Assembly (NCBI RefSeq): GCF_006345805.1
Contig: NC_042997.1
Location: 103,044,001-103,108,000 of the forward strand
Direction: 5' to 3'
DNA length: 64,000 bases
Origin: Octopus sinensis
Lineage: Eukaryota
The position numbers and the translations under genes are program-made. The notes below the pieces were generated by a model. That model was not told where the DNA came from. It ran no database searches and saw nothing but the letters and a program-made list of their open reading frames with translations. This document shows, piece by piece, positions 1 to 13,999 of the stretch. How positions within the stretch are numbered: position 1 is the first letter of the stretch; every line of letters begins with the position of its first letter.

Positions 1-950
1 AGATGATGAAGAAACAACAAAAGCTATAAAACAAATGAAATCCAAACTAAAAATAGAACAGCAACGAGCCATGATAAAACGATGGCAAGAAAAGCCCCTT
101 CATGGTAAATACTGCACTAAACTAAACGCAAAAGAAATAGACAAAGAAAAATCCCAGCAATGGTTGAGAAGCTCAGGACTCAAAGCAGAGACAGAGGGAT
201 TTTTAATTGCAGCACAAGACCAAAGCCTCCCCACCAGAAATTACCAAAAACATGTAATGAAAAGAAATATTACAAGTAACTGCAGAATATGTGGAGATGG
301 ACAAGAAACAATAAATCATATTATCTCTAGCTGCCCAGTCCTGGCTAAGAAGGAATATATTCACAGACATGACAGAGTTGGAACCTACATACATTGGAAG
401 CTATGTCAACATTATGGAATAACAACAGAAAAAAGATGGTATAGGCACACACCAGAAAAGGTCACAGAAAACGAGAAAGCAACCATACTCTGGGATATGC
501 CGATACGCACAGATAGAGAAATTAAGGCCAACAGACCAGATATAGTTGTCAGAGATCATGATGGAAAAAAAATGCTTTCTAATTGATGTATCAATACCGG
601 CAGATGACAACGTGTCTCTAAAAGAAATGGAGAAACTTTCAAAATACAAAGACCTGGAAATAGAGGTAACTAGAATGTGGAACCTGAAAACAGAAACAAT
701 TCCTATCATAGTAGGTGCATTAGGCATGATAAAAAAAAATTCAGACAAATACATAACAAAAACACCAGGACTTACAAACACATATAACATACAGAAAATT
801 GCACTACTAGGCACTGCACACATCCTACGCAGAACACTCTCCATGCAATAACCATCAGAGCATCACAACAAATCACAACACATACCCAAGGCACACAGAG
901 CTGCGCTCGGTAGTGAAGTGAAAGCACGCTATAAAAATAAAACTGCTGAA
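1..950 (+). mobile_element. R4/Dong-clade non-LTR retrotransposon, 3' end (CCHC knuckle plus restriction-like endonuclease), frameshifted, followed by (TAA)n
   Basis: ORFs 35-586 and 546-851 join across an A-run frameshift near 565-572. Motifs: AAQDQ, CRICG..ETINHIISSC, RHD, RPDIV..LIDVS, EKLSKY. A 3' UTR runs into (TAA)n at about 950. Confidence 0.85.
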
Positions 951-995
951 TAATAATAATAATAATAATTATAATAATAATAATAATAATATTAT

Positions 996-1058
<63 letters not shown>

Positions 1059-1081
1059 CATAATAATAATAATAATAATAA
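950..1081. repeat. (TAA)n microsatellite
   Basis: Direct reading. Further (TAA)n/(GAT)n tracts at about 2800-2900, 3870-3922, 4888-5030, 5496-5598 and 6162-6247. Confidence 0.95.
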
Positions 1082-1633
1082 TGCAGTACCAGGCAGTGAG
1101 GTGGGAGAGATCACAAGAGAACTGGAAAAGAAAGACCAGGCAGTAGGAAAGACAAACAACAACATAAGAGATACAGATCAAACCAAAGAAGAACCTAAAG
1201 GAAAATAATAATAATAGCACTACCAATGAGGAAGGGACAACTGGTACCAGCAATTTAAGTGATTTAAGTGAGGAAGTTCAGAAGATTTTAGATGAGTTGC
1301 AGAAAGTAATGAGTAAAGAAGTAAGAAAAAGATTGCCAGCACTAAAAGGTATCAACAGAAGGAAGCTGGATATGACTAGGTAAGTAGATTCTGTTATCAG
1401 TAGGATAAATATTAAAAATATAGGAGACACTAATTTATTGATCTATGCAGGATGTGTAGCAAGAAGGAATAGGCGTAGGAGTGGCTGTGTGGTAAGTAGC
1501 TTGCTTAAGAACCACATGGTTCCGGGTTCAGTCCCACTGCCTGCACCTTGGGCAAGTGTCTTGTACTATAGCTTCGGGCCGACCAAAGTCTTGTGAGTGG
1601 ATTTGGTAGACGGAAACTGAAAGAAGCACGTCG

Positions 1634-1732
<99 letters not shown>

Positions 1733-2730
1733 CGGTGTGTTTGTGTGTCTGTGTGTCTGTGTTTGTCCCCCCAACATCGCTTGACAACCGATGGTGGTGT
1801 GTCTACGTCCCCGTAACTTAGTGGTTCGGCAGAAGAGACCGATAGAATAAGTACTGCGCTTACAAAAGAATAAGTCCTGGGGTCGAAGTGTTCGACTAAA
1901 GGCAGTGCTCCAGCATGGCCACAGTCACATGACTGAAACAAGTAAAAGAGTAAGGAATGATTAGAAAAGAGTAAATGTGGAAATGGATATTACAAAATTA
2001 GTGAACACTTTAAGACAAGATCTGAGTAGAACAGACACCTGGAAACTGAACAAGTTAGGAAACACAGGTTTTAGATCTTCTCTCGAGAAAAGATATTTAG
2101 TCAAAGAGAAAGGATTTGCGATAGTCATGCATAGAAGAATCGAAACAACGTATCATAGCAGTTGCAGGTAAACTTTGCAGATACCAGAAAACAATAGATC
2201 AGTATCAACAGAATAGATTACTCGAGACTGGCCAGAGGAGATTTTTATAACTAAAATGTAGAAGAAAGTTGAGAAAACAAATGCAGAAGAAGCTAGAAAT
2301 TTCTGGAGTAATATTTGGGATAAACTAGTGTGGTTAAAGAAAGTGAGGGGAGAAATAGTGAGTGAGAAGCAGCCAGACCTAAGATTAACTAGTGCATTAA
2401 TGAGTAAAGTGTTAGAAAAAATGCCGAATTAGAAGGGCCCATGACCAGATTTAGTTCAAGGGAACTGGTTAAAGGAATTTAGTAGTTTACATGGGAGGCT
2501 GAGGGAACAACTTCAGGATTGTCTTAATGGAGGAATAATACGGAATTTGATGACTATCGGGAGAACAATATGCCTTATGAAAGATAAATGCAAGGGTAAT
2601 ACAGTTAGCAATTATAGACCAGTCACTTGCTTATAATTAGTGTGGAAACAGCTAACAGGAATGTTTTCAGAAAGCATTTACAAGTACCTTGACAACCAGA
2701 ATTTACTACCAAAAGATCAGAAAGGTAGTA
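1082..2730 (+). mobile_element. Degenerate R4/Dong-like LINE, pre-RT region and start of RT, interrupted by a SINE
   Basis: Translations RLPALKG, TNLLIYAG, LRQDLSR, FWSNIW, N*KGP*PD, NYRPVTCL, with many stops. Confidence 0.7.
1472..1951 (+). mobile_element. tRNA-derived SINE, family A (internal TA/TG microsatellite; 3' tail ...CCAGCATGGCCACAGTC..GACTGAAACAAGTAAAAGAG)
   Basis: Pol III A/B-box-like head, CORE-like CCTTGGGCAAGTG, at least 7 homologous copies in the window, possible TSD AAGGAAT (1464-1470 / 1952-1958). Confidence 0.85.
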
Positions 2731-2734
2731 GTAA

Positions 2735-2794
2735 GTAGTGGTTAAGAGCGCAGGCTACTAACCAGAAGATTACGAGTTCGATTTCAGGCAGTGA

Positions 2795-2869
<75 letters not shown>

Positions 2870-3045
2870 TAATAATTATAATAATAATAATAATAATAAT
2901 AAGAAGAAGAAGAAGAAGATCGAAAAATACCTTAGGAATGAGAAGGCACCTGATGAAAGCTAGAGGGTATATCAGCCGAAACGTTGTATTAACAACAAAC
3001 AAGATGAGGACAAATATCCGTCAATTGTAAATAATGTAAATAATT
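2735..3045 (+). mobile_element. Repeat fragment with a tRNA-like segment, (TAA)n and a degenerate minimal hammerhead (Penelope pLTR-like)
   Basis: GTAGTGGTTAAGAGCG...GTTCGATT at 2735-2790. CTGATGA (2950-2956) and GAAACGTT (2978-2985). Confidence 0.45.
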
Positions 3046-3870
3046 TAGAACAGAAATTATCTGATTGGCAGGAGCAGGCGTTGAATGGTAGATTCCCAAA
3101 TATAGTTGCAGTAAATAATAGTAGTGAGACATGGTTATCGTTGCAGAAAGGAAAGCTGAAGAGGGAGATAAAAAATTTGTTAGTAGTAGATCAAGCATTA
3201 AGAATTAACTGGATAAAAACCAAGATAGACAAAAACCAAGTAGATTCCCAATGTAGGTTATGCAGATTAAAAGGGATAATTGTGACTCATATAGTAAGTG
3301 AATGTAACATGCTGGCACAGAAAGAATACAAGAAAAGACATGACAACCTAGGAAGAGTAATCCACTTGGAGTTATGTTGAAAGATAGGATTTGAATACAC
3401 TGATAAATGGTATGAACATGAACCTAGTAAAGTACTAGAAAGTAAGAAATATAAGATGTGGGACTTTAACATTCAGACTGACAGAGTACTAGAAGCTAGA
3501 AGGCCTGATTTAGTAGTAATAGATGAAGAGAATAGAAAGTGCCAAGTAATTGACTTTACAGTCCCAAATGATGAAAAAAATCAATATGAGAAAAAATAGT
3601 AAGGTACCTGGACGTATCTATTGAATTACAGAGACTGAAGAAATTGCGGGTAAAATGAGTCCCAGTAGTTATAGGTACATTAGGAACTATCTCTGAAGAT
3701 CTGATCAGATGGATAGAGGAAATAGGCATAAAACCCAGTTTAGTTCAGCTCCAGAAAACTGTGTTATTAGGGACAGTTGGGATACTTAAGCAGGTTCTTG
3801 GCATCTATGGTTACTTGTAGCCCGATGTTAGGCATTTTTCTTTTCCAGCAATCTAATCTGTTGTGTATAT
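3045..3870 (+). mobile_element. Degenerate R4/Dong-like LINE 3' end (CCHC plus RLE)
   Basis: CRLC..THIVSEC, KRHDNL, RRPDLVV, QKTVLLGT. Ends in AAT/GAT repeats. Confidence 0.75.
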
Positions 3871-3874
3871 AATA

Positions 3875-3915
<41 letters not shown>

Positions 3916-3959
3916 AATAATAATTCCTTCTCTAATTTTTCTCGGGGTGGGTAATTATT

Positions 3960-4690
3960 ATTAGAGAAGAAATTAGAGGAGAATTATAAAATACGGAAGA
4001 ACGGGTTTGATGCAGTATTAGAGCAGTTAAAACAGAGGATCATGACAAAAATCCAGAAGATCAGAAGATTTGGGAACATAAATAAGCAGTTCGAGAACAG
4101 ATTGTTCAAAAATAACACGAAGCAATTCTTCCAAACGTTAGAAGGAAGCAATGGGGGAAAATGTTGCTCCTAATGCAAATCAAGGAGTTCTGGACCGGAT
4201 TATGGGGAAACAATGTGGTGCTTAAAAGGGATGCAATGTGGATAGGAACTATCAAGACAGAATTACAAGAACGAAAAAAGGAATATTGTCATAAGCATGG
4301 GTGACGTGAAAGAACAAATTACTAAAGCGCCTAAGTGGAAAGCTCCCCGGCCAGATGGGATTCATGACTTCTGCCTTAAGGGAGGCCACGCGGTGCATGA
4401 AAGACTAGCAGCCCAATTTAATGAGTATGTCCAGAAAGGTACTTGTGGATGGTGACTGGGAGGACAACATTTGTGATGGAAGATAGAAGAAATGGGAATA
4501 CTGTGGGAAACTACCGTCCTATAGCATGCCTAAACATAATCTGGAAGATACTCACTGGAATATGTGCGGCAAAGATATATACTTTCATGGCACAGGAAGA
4601 CATACTACTAAGGTAACAAAATGTATGTAGGAAGAGTTCTCAGGGTACCAAGGATCACCTAGTTATCTATAAAATAGGTTTGAGACATTG
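3960..4690 (+). mobile_element. Degenerate R4/Dong-like LINE, RT N-terminal fragment
   Basis: EQLKQRI, KWKAPRPDG, NYRPIACLN, GTKDHL. Confidence 0.65.
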
Positions 4691-4920
4691 TGGTTTGTGG
4701 GGTCAACCATATCCTTCGCTCCCTTTTGTTTTAACCACACGATTATATTTTACTTTTTACATTTTTAAAACTATTATTCATACATATTTTTACTCATTCG
4801 ATCCTTGGCCCCCATTTTTTGTCTTTGTTTTGTTTCCTCTCTATTGAACCTTTATGGTTAATAAAGAAAGAAAATATTACCAAAATGGTGATGATGATGA
4901 TGATGATGATGATGATAATG

Positions 4921-5495
<575 letters not shown>

Positions 5496-5538
5496 AATAA
5501 CAACAACAACAACAATAATAATAATAATGATGATGATG

Positions 5539-5598
<60 letters not shown>

Positions 5599-6162
5599 TA
5601 AGAGACGCCACGACAATGTAGCCAGGCTTGTCCATTGGACACTTTGCAACATGTATGGACTTGACGGAGCAAAAAATTGGTACGTTCGCAAACCCAAAGG
5701 CATCATCGAAAATGATAATGCAAAAACCCTATGGGATTTTATGATTCAGTGCGACCAATAAATAGAGAATAGGTAGCCAGACATAGTCTTAATTGAGAAA
5801 GAAAGCAAACTATGCTGGATAATAGATATAGCATGTCCAGCAGACAACAATGTATGCGATAAGGTAGAAAGAAAAGTCGAGATATGACAGGTTAGCTTGG
5901 GAAGTTAAGCAGTTGTGGTCGACGAAAATGGTGGTAACCAATAATTGTCGGAGCCCTGGGAACAGTGAGCAAAAATCTCGAGTAGCACATGGAACAAATA
6001 GGGGCTGCAATAAGGGTGGAGCACTTGCAGAAAACAGCACTCCTTGGAACCGCTCGAATACTCCGGAAGGTGCTCGAAAAATAAGAGGTGTTACCTTAGT
6101 TGACTAGTAGTGAACAGCTGACACCGTAGTCCATCTCCAGTGTTAGAAGCTGTGCAAAGGCA
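5599..6162 (+). mobile_element. 5'-truncated R4/Dong-like LINE 3' end flanked by (TAA)n, same family as 5032-5495
   Basis: RRHDNVARLVHW, PDIVLI..IIDIA, LQKTALLGTARILR. Confidence 0.75.
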
Positions 6163-6207
6163 ATAATAATAATGATGATGATGATAATAATAATAATAAT
6201 AATAATA

Positions 6208-6243
<36 letters not shown>

Positions 6244-7106
6244 TAATTTATAATCTTGGTACATAGCTAGCAACATTAGAGGCATTGACTCCAGTAATTG
6301 ACTGCTATTTCATCTTATTGACTCCGAAAGAATGAAAAGTTAACTTCCGCGTGATTCGAACTTAGATTATAAAAGGCTGGAAGGAATATCACTAAGTTCG
6401 ACGTGCTAAAAATTGTGTCAGTTCACCATCTTATAATGGCTTCAAACTTTTGTATAAGACTAGTTATATAGTTCATAATATTGAGCCTAGTACTTGACTC
6501 ATACCTATTTTATCATTGCTAGTGGAATGAAAGACAAAGCTGAGATCAGCGGAATTTGCACTCAACGCACAAAGCATTTCATCTGATGCCCTAAGAATTC
6601 TGTCTGCTCACTCACCAGATGGTGACAGCTCACTTACCACTGAACAACAACAGCAACAGTGGCGGCGGCGGCAAGATTGGCAACAACAGCTGTAACAATA
6701 ATTATATCAACAATTTCCTGTAACTCAACTTCATAACTATTTGTATGTTAGTGGGTGAGAAAAAGATATATAGGAAAGGAAGGATAGAAAGGCAGACTGT
6801 AAACAGTCGAGTTAGATGTTCGTCGGGTGTTTCACATACTAATTCTGTCGATCACAGTAGGGTAAAGTGGGTACAGTAAGGAAATGATAGTAAAACCAAA
6901 TATAAGATAAATCATTCAAATGGTCTGTTCAATATTTGTATTGATAATAATAGCACGTTTAGATCCATCAAGATAGTCTGCTTAATATTGATATTGATAA
7001 TAATAGCATGTTTTGACTTAGCACAAGAAGCGTGTTTAGTTGGGGGATACGTACAGCCAAGTGAATAGCTCCTTAATAAATTAACGGAAATTTGAGCAAA
7101 TATATA

Positions 7107-7370
7107 AATAAAATAAATGTGCCCTTTTAAAGCCTAGCCAGGCTCATGGGCTCGGTTTCCCGATTTCAATGGCGTATGTGTTCCCCAGCTGGACGGGACG
7201 CCAGTCCATCGCAGTGTTACTCATTTTTGCCAGCTGAGTGGACTGGAGCAACGTGAAATGAAGTGTTTTGCTCAAGAACACAACGCGTTGCCCGGTCCAG
7301 GAATCGAAACTACAATCTTACGATCATGCTGCTGACACCCTAACCACTAAGCCACGAACCTCCACACAGT
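7107..7370 (-). mobile_element. tRNA-derived SINE, family C (V-domain-like)
   Basis: Minus-strand head GTGGCTTAGTGGTTAGG..TTCGATTCC and GCGATGGACTGGCGTCCCGTCCAG. TSD GCAAATATATA at 7096-7106 and 7371-7381. Confidence 0.8.
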
Positions 7371-7452
7371 GCAAATATATACAGAAATTAAAAGTCAAAT
7401 GCAAAATATATACGCGCGTTATATAAAATCAGGACAGCGAAATACTGATCTA

Positions 7453-7890
7453 GGATCTTTTCGGTTTGAACGGCAGTTTTTTAAAATAATTTCCACGTAA
7501 CTAAACACTTTTAAGCTTCGTTTACTGGTAGAATGTGTTTATAAAACATCTTTTTCTCTTGGCTTTATTGAGAAAATTCTATAGTTTATAAGATATTTGT
7601 TGTTTTTTTTCTTCAATTTCTGCAATTTCAACCAATTAATGACGTTTATTGAGGTGAAAACATTCTGTGCCGTATGAATATGTCCCTCGTTTAAGAAACA
7701 GATTGGGCTTATCTACATTTCTGAAGAAAAAAGATACCCTTTCCCCCCTAACCCTAACCATAACTAACCCTAACTAACCCTAACCCTAAAACAGATTGAA
7801 ATGCAATAGATCGATACTAGGGGCATAATTATGGGTGGCAATTTCATATGACACCGCTAGAAAAAACTGCCGCTCAAACCGAAAAGATCC
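7453..7890. mobile_element. Non-autonomous DNA transposon (MITE) with about 29-bp TIRs and internal (CCCTAA)-like repeats; possibly Merlin-like
   Basis: TIR GGATCTTTTCGGTTTGAACGGCAGTTTTT / AAAAACTGCCGCTCAAACCGAAAAGATCC. 8-bp TSD CTGATCTA / TTGATCTA. Confidence 0.8.
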
Positions 7891-8479
7891 TTGATCTAAT
7901 AATTATCCATGGTCAAACCAAAACATGGGGAAACTGCAGTATTCGTGGATCATGGTATCGTATTTATTCTGGAATACGTATGTATGACTTTTTCTTTGAG
8001 ATTTATTCAAGAGAATTTAAGCCGGTCATTGACAAAGCGACAGTACATTTTTGAGTCAAAAGAGTTCCCGGCGTTTGTAAATATGTGGTTGAGTTGGTGT
8101 GTTGGTTGAGCTGTCGATACACACAGCCAAGTGTGTGCATATATTCACTTAAAGATTCTCGGATAGAGAATCTTTGGAATGTCTTCCAAAAATTCACTGT
8201 GCCACTAATAGATTGGATTTGGAGATTCCAGTCAGTCTTTCTTTGCAAATTCCATTGAGCATCACTATTAAAATATTTGCAGATGTCATTAGGCTCCAGA
8301 AAGTCATTAACGGAGCATATGATCGAACGGTGCTTTAATCGGATCTATGCGCTGTAACCCAGTGAGCATAAAAATACAATAAGCAGTTTACCAAAGAAAA
8401 ATTTTAGCTCATCCACTTTGGAAAAGAGGGCACACTCATACTATTATATACACTAACGTCGGGAAACCTAAGTGAGCCT

Positions 8480-9190
8480 TCGGATAATATCAGAGACTTA
8501 GGTGTCACTGACGACAGCAACCTTAGCTGGAGTGTTCACATCGACAAAAAAGTCGATGTTGCCCGCAGAATGTGCTCATGGATCCTCAGAACTTTTCAAT
8601 CTAGGGATCATGAAACCATCATCCTTCTCTTCTCCACATTCGCTAGGCCCCACCTCGAATACTGCTGCCTATTGTGGCCCCCCTACAAAAAACAACACAT
8701 AATGAGGATCGAAGCGCCACAAAGTTCAATCACTAAAAACATAAATGGTATGATGGGACTTGATTACTGGACTCAACTTAAACAGCTGAAACGCTATTCT
8801 CTTCAACGCCGCCGTGAGTGGTACATTATTTGCACCTTGTGGAAAAGATTTCACGAATACTATCCAAATGATATCGGTATTTTGTTTACAATTCATCCAA
8901 GACTAGGTTTTCGTGCAATGCGCCCCCTACAAAGGTCGATATAACATCACATAAGAACATTGCGACACAACTTCTTCACTTCAAATGATCCTGCTCTTTT
9001 CAATGTTATCCCGAAAGAAATTAATGTAGAAAAGAGCCTACAACTTTCAAACGGTACCTGAACAAATTCCTCCAGGAAATACCGGATAAACCACCCAGAT
9101 CATGATGCGTCTCTACCAACAACAACTATCTGGTTGAGTGATCCATGGTGTCCCGAAGTAATTACCTAAAAGACTTTTTCAGGTGGTGTT
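8480..9190 (+). mobile_element. CR1/L2-group LINE, 3' fragment (post-RT domain)
   Basis: ORF 8570-8944: WILRTF..RPHLEYCCLLWPP..DYWTQLKQLKRYSLQRRRE. Downstream FKRYLNKFLQEIPDKP. Confidence 0.8.
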
Positions 9191-9212
9191 AATGAGTTAG
9201 TTATTACCTAGA

Positions 9213-9340
9213 CGTGGTTGTGTGGTAAGAAGCTTGCTTCCCACCCACATCATTCCGAGTTCAGTCTCACTAAGTGGAACCTTGGGCAGGTGTTTTCAAC
9301 GATAGCCTCCGACCAACCAAAGCATTGTGAGTGGATTGTC

Positions 9341-9342
<2 letters not shown>
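9213..9342 (+). mobile_element. SINE family A, 5' half; its internal (TA)n hosts the 9.35-14.46 kb nested cluster
   Basis: Homologous to 1472-1632 and ends at the TA tract. Confidence 0.7.
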
Positions 9343-9370
<28 letters not shown>

Positions 9371-9376
<6 letters not shown>

Positions 9377-9618
9377 ATAAATATTAGGGAATAAATCCAA
9401 ATTTACAGGGAAAAAAATCAGATTTAGGATTAAATCCAATTTTATAGTAAAATATTATAAAATATTATTAGAGACAAAACCACTATTTTGCAAAACAAAC
9501 AAGGAAAGACTTAATCAATACAAAAAAGTTTAATAAATATTTGACTATTTATTAAAATCTTATGTATTGATTAAGTCTTCCTTGTTTGTTTTGCAAAATA
9601 GTGGTTTTGTCTCTAATA

Positions 9619-9628
<10 letters not shown>
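9371..9628. mobile_element. TA-flanked fold-back repeat (about 65-bp stem), probable Penelope-like terminal fragment
   Basis: Inverted arms at about 9456-9522 / 9563-9628. A homologous copy lies in opposite orientation at 14119-14418. Confidence 0.6.
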
Positions 9629-9688
<60 letters not shown>

Positions 9689-9771
9689 GGTCCCGGGTTG
9701 ATTCGGGGTTAACCACAGTAAATAAGGTACTCAATACATAGTAGAGTAAAATTAATTTATTATATAGAAGG

Positions 9772-9822
9772 AGCTTCTACAGGACTAGAACTGTTTCATT
9801 CAAGAGAAATCTTCAGGAAGCT
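9772..9822 (-). ncRNA. Type I hammerhead ribozyme (inverted copy of 14000-14050)
   Basis: Minus strand reads AGCTTC CTGAAGA TTTCTCTTGAAT GAAA CAG TTCTAGTC CTG TA GAAGCT. Confidence 0.8.
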
Positions 9823-10247
9823 AGTTAACAAGAATTGTATTGGCATTTATACATTTAGGCAGGTTTAAAGGGGTGTTGGTGGGGGACTTTTTGGGGGTAG
9901 GCATAGCGCAAAATATCATACTTGGGGGAGTGGTCAGGAGTCAGTGTTAAATTAGATAGAAGAATAAATAAAAAAATAAAAAAATAAAAAAATATATAAA
10001 AAATATATAAAAAAGGGAATAGAGTTTTAGGTAAATAAGGAGATTCTCACTTATACCTATGCACATATGTATACATATATACACACACATACAAACATAT
10101 ATACATATACATACACACATACGTACACACACACATATATACATATATATACACTTACACATACATATACATATCTACACATACACATATATGTATACAT
10201 ACACACACTCACATGCATACACGTATACACACATGTATATATACACA

Positions 10248-10565
10248 AACAGCTTTAAGACCCGTTGGTACGCACACACACACTCGTTCCGGCGACAGGA
10301 TAAATCCAACCAAACTACCCTCGCCGCCCACATCTGGTACCTTAAAAGGAACTCCATCCCCTTCAAGACCAAGTGGAAACTACTACAGAAGGTGCGCTCG
10401 TACACAGGAGGCCATACCTGCTGTGACCTCTGCATATCGGAGAGCCTAGAGATCTTGTTCGCCAAAGGCCCTCTCCTTAACAAAATCTCAGAACACTCCC
10501 CAAATTGCATGCATAAGAAGTATGCGAACTACAAGAACTATAGACCTACCCGGCAACCAGATTGA
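10248..10565 (+). pseudogene. Penelope-like GIY-YIG endonuclease, C-terminal fragment
   Basis: FKTRWYAHTHSF..TTLAAHIW..CDLCISESLEI..LLNK..CMHKK matches the PLE endonuclease end pattern. Confidence 0.75.
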
Positions 10566-11104
10566 TGACACCCCACCCACAAAACCCCCCCAATCCCACC
10601 GTTCCCCTGGCACCCCCGATTACCTTTTCTCCTAAGACCTTTCAAATATTGTATGTGCACGCTTGTATATGTGTATCGTATATATGTATAGAAATGTATG
10701 GGTATAGTAGGAATATACGCATGTATTATGTGTGTGTGTGTGTATGTATGTAAAAATATATATATATATATATGTACGTGCGTGTGTGTGTGTGTGTGTG
10801 TATATGTATATATGTATATATGTATATGTGTATATATGTGTGTATGCATATGTATGTGTATATGTATGTGTGTATGTATGTGTATGTATGTATAAAATAT
10901 TATATAATTAGGGCTTAGTAAAATAAATTACTTTGCCACACACTGAACTTTCTAGAAATAGCAGCCAAAAAAGATTTTTAGCCTCTTCCACTACTTAGAG
11001 AATATTTTCCCTCAGACATTATTTACTCAAAAAATAATGGTCCTTTTACATACTGAATACTTGGTGAAATTGATTAATAACTAATTAACTTTACCCTCAA
11101 TTGT

Positions 11105-11751
11105 TGATATATGTATGTGTGTGTATATGTGTGTATGTATATGTATATGTACATGTATGTATGTGTGTATGTATGTATATGTATATATATATATATATAT
11201 ATATTATATATGTATGTGTGTGTGTGTGTGTGTATACATATATATATATGTATGTGTGTGTATATGTGTATTATGTATATATTTATATATATATATATAT
11301 GTATATGTATGTGTGTGTGTATATGTATATATGTGTATATATATGAGTGTACGCGAGTATGTCGACGTATATGTAGGTATGTAGAGTTATGTGTATGTGC
11401 ATGTATGTGAGTGTAGATACAAACTGTAGATGCGTATATATATGTGTGTGTATATATACATGTATATAGGTATATGTATGTGTGTGTATATATATATATA
11501 TATGTATATGCGAGTATGTAGAGATATAAGTATGTGCATGTGTATATATGTGTGTATATATATGTATAGGTATGTGTATGTGTATGTATGTATATATATA
11601 TATGTGTGTGTGTATGTATGCATATATGTATGTATGTATGTATATGTGTATGTATATATATGTGTGTAAGTGTGTGTATATATGTATATGTAAGTGTGTG
11701 TGCGTGTATGAGCATGTATGTATGTTTGCACACATGTATATGTGTGTGTAT

Positions 11752-11798
<47 letters not shown>

Positions 11799-12044
11799 GT
11801 ATGTATGTGTGTGTGTGTATATATGTGTGTATGTGTATGTATGTATGTATATATATGCGTGTGTATGTGTATGTGTATATGTACATATACGTGTACGCTC
11901 GTGTGTTTATGTATATGTAAGTACGTAGAGTTATCTATGTGTGTATGTATTTGTACATGTGTGTAAGTATGTATATATATATATATATGTGTATATGTGT
12001 GTGTATATATATGTGTATATATGTATATGTATATTATATGTGTA

Positions 12045-12120
<76 letters not shown>

Positions 12121-12554
12121 TCACAATCAAGGAACGGCCATAATAGGCCATTCACCCACTAGAAATAACAGCCAAAGCTTCAACCGCAAAATAACATCAA
12201 TTCCGTAAACCAGGAGAAAATTAAAAAACATTTACCCTGTAATTTCTTATACGATGCACCGTTTCATCTACTGTTTAATGGTAAACTAGCCTGATTAAAT
12301 TAAATCAAGCCAATCTTCCATAGGCCCTTAGAATCGTCAGTAAGAAATAGCCAAGTCGGAACAGATATTTTCACGAGGCATTTCTGTCCCTGCATGTGTG
12401 TACTTATGTGTACTTATGTGTATATATGGATGCGCGTGTGTGTGTGTGTGTATGGGTACGCATGTACATGTGTATGTGCGTGTATGTCTATATGAGTATG
12501 TATGTATGTGTGTGCGTATATTTGTATATGTATGTATGTATATGTATGTGTGTG

Positions 12555-12617
<63 letters not shown>

Positions 12618-13337
12618 ATGTGTATGTATGTATATGTATATGCGTATGTGTATGTATTTGTATGTGTATGCATGCGCGTATATATATGTACGTATATGTA
12701 TACGTGTGGGTGTGTGTATGTGTATAAATGTATGTATGTATGGATGTATGGATGTATGTATGTATGTATACGTATGTATGTGTATGTGTGTATATGTATG
12801 TATGTGTATGTGTGTGTATATGTATATATATATATATGTATATGTGTATATCTATGTATATGTATATATATATATATGTATATATATATGTATGTATATA
12901 TATGTGAATATGTATATATATATACATGTATGTATTTGTATGTAGGTGTATATGTATGTGTGTATTTATATTTATTGGTGTATATGTATAGACTAGCCTT
13001 CTAAGAGTGTAGACATGAATCTGTAGGTACGCGTGCGTATGTGTATATACGTGAATGTATGTAGATGTATGTATGTATGAATATAACGCGTGCGTGCGTG
13101 TATGTGTATGAGTGTGCGAATGAGTGAGTGTACGTGCTAAAGAGTGTGCGTGAGTAAATGAGTGCTTGTTTTCCAGTAGACAGATAAATGGACTGGCTGT
13201 CATAGCCAAGATGTTTGTGACCAGCGATCAAAGATAACAAAAGTAATAAATGAAGATAATAAAATTAAAATTAGGGAATGGGTCTGTATTTGTATGTGTA
13301 TATATATGTGTGTATGTGTAGGTATGCATAGGTACAC

Positions 13338-13405
<68 letters not shown>

Positions 13406-13760
13406 ATGTATGTGTGTGTATATGTGTGTGTATGTGTATATATGTGTATATAGGGACTAGTGTGCTGTGTGTGCATATGTGTGTGTGGATATGTGTGTGT
13501 ATGCGTGTATGTGAGTATGTGTGTGTATGTGTATATATATTTTTCTGTGTGTATATGTATGTGTGGTCGTGTGTGTATATATACATGTGTGTATACGTGT
13601 ATGCATGTGAGTGTGTGTATGTATACATATATGTGTATGTGTAGATATGTATATGTATGTGTAAGTGTATATATATGTATATATGTGTGTGTGTACGTAT
13701 GTGTGTATGTATATGTATATATGTTTGTATGTGTGTGTATATATGTATACATATGTGCAT
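11105..13760. repeat. Compound (TA)n/(TG)n/(TATG)n low-complexity tracts
   Basis: Direct reading. Source of the YI/HT/CV ORFs in the track. Confidence 0.9.
12242..12348 (-). ncRNA. Type I hammerhead ribozyme with an expanded, branched stem II
   Basis: Minus strand: ATTTCTTA CTGACGA TTCTA-[about 58 nt]-TAGAT GAAA CGGTGCATCG TA TAAGAAAT, with an 8-bp stem I. Confidence 0.7.
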
Positions 13761-13999
13761 AGGTATAAGTGAGAATCTCCTTATTTACCTAAAACTCTAT
13801 TCCCTTTTTTTATATATTTTTTTATATATTTTTTTATTTTTTTTATTTTTTTATTTATTCTTCTATCTAATTTAATACTGACTCCTTTACCACCCCCCCA
13901 AGTATGATATTTTGCGCTATGCCTACCCCAAAAAGTCCCCCACCAACACCCCTTTAAACCTGCCTAAATGTATAAATGCCAATACAATTCTTGTTAACT

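Noticed and set aside
11074-13760. Long ORFs up to 290 aa rich in Y/I/H/T or C/V/M
   Set aside because: They are translations of TA/TG microsatellites, open in several frames on both strands.
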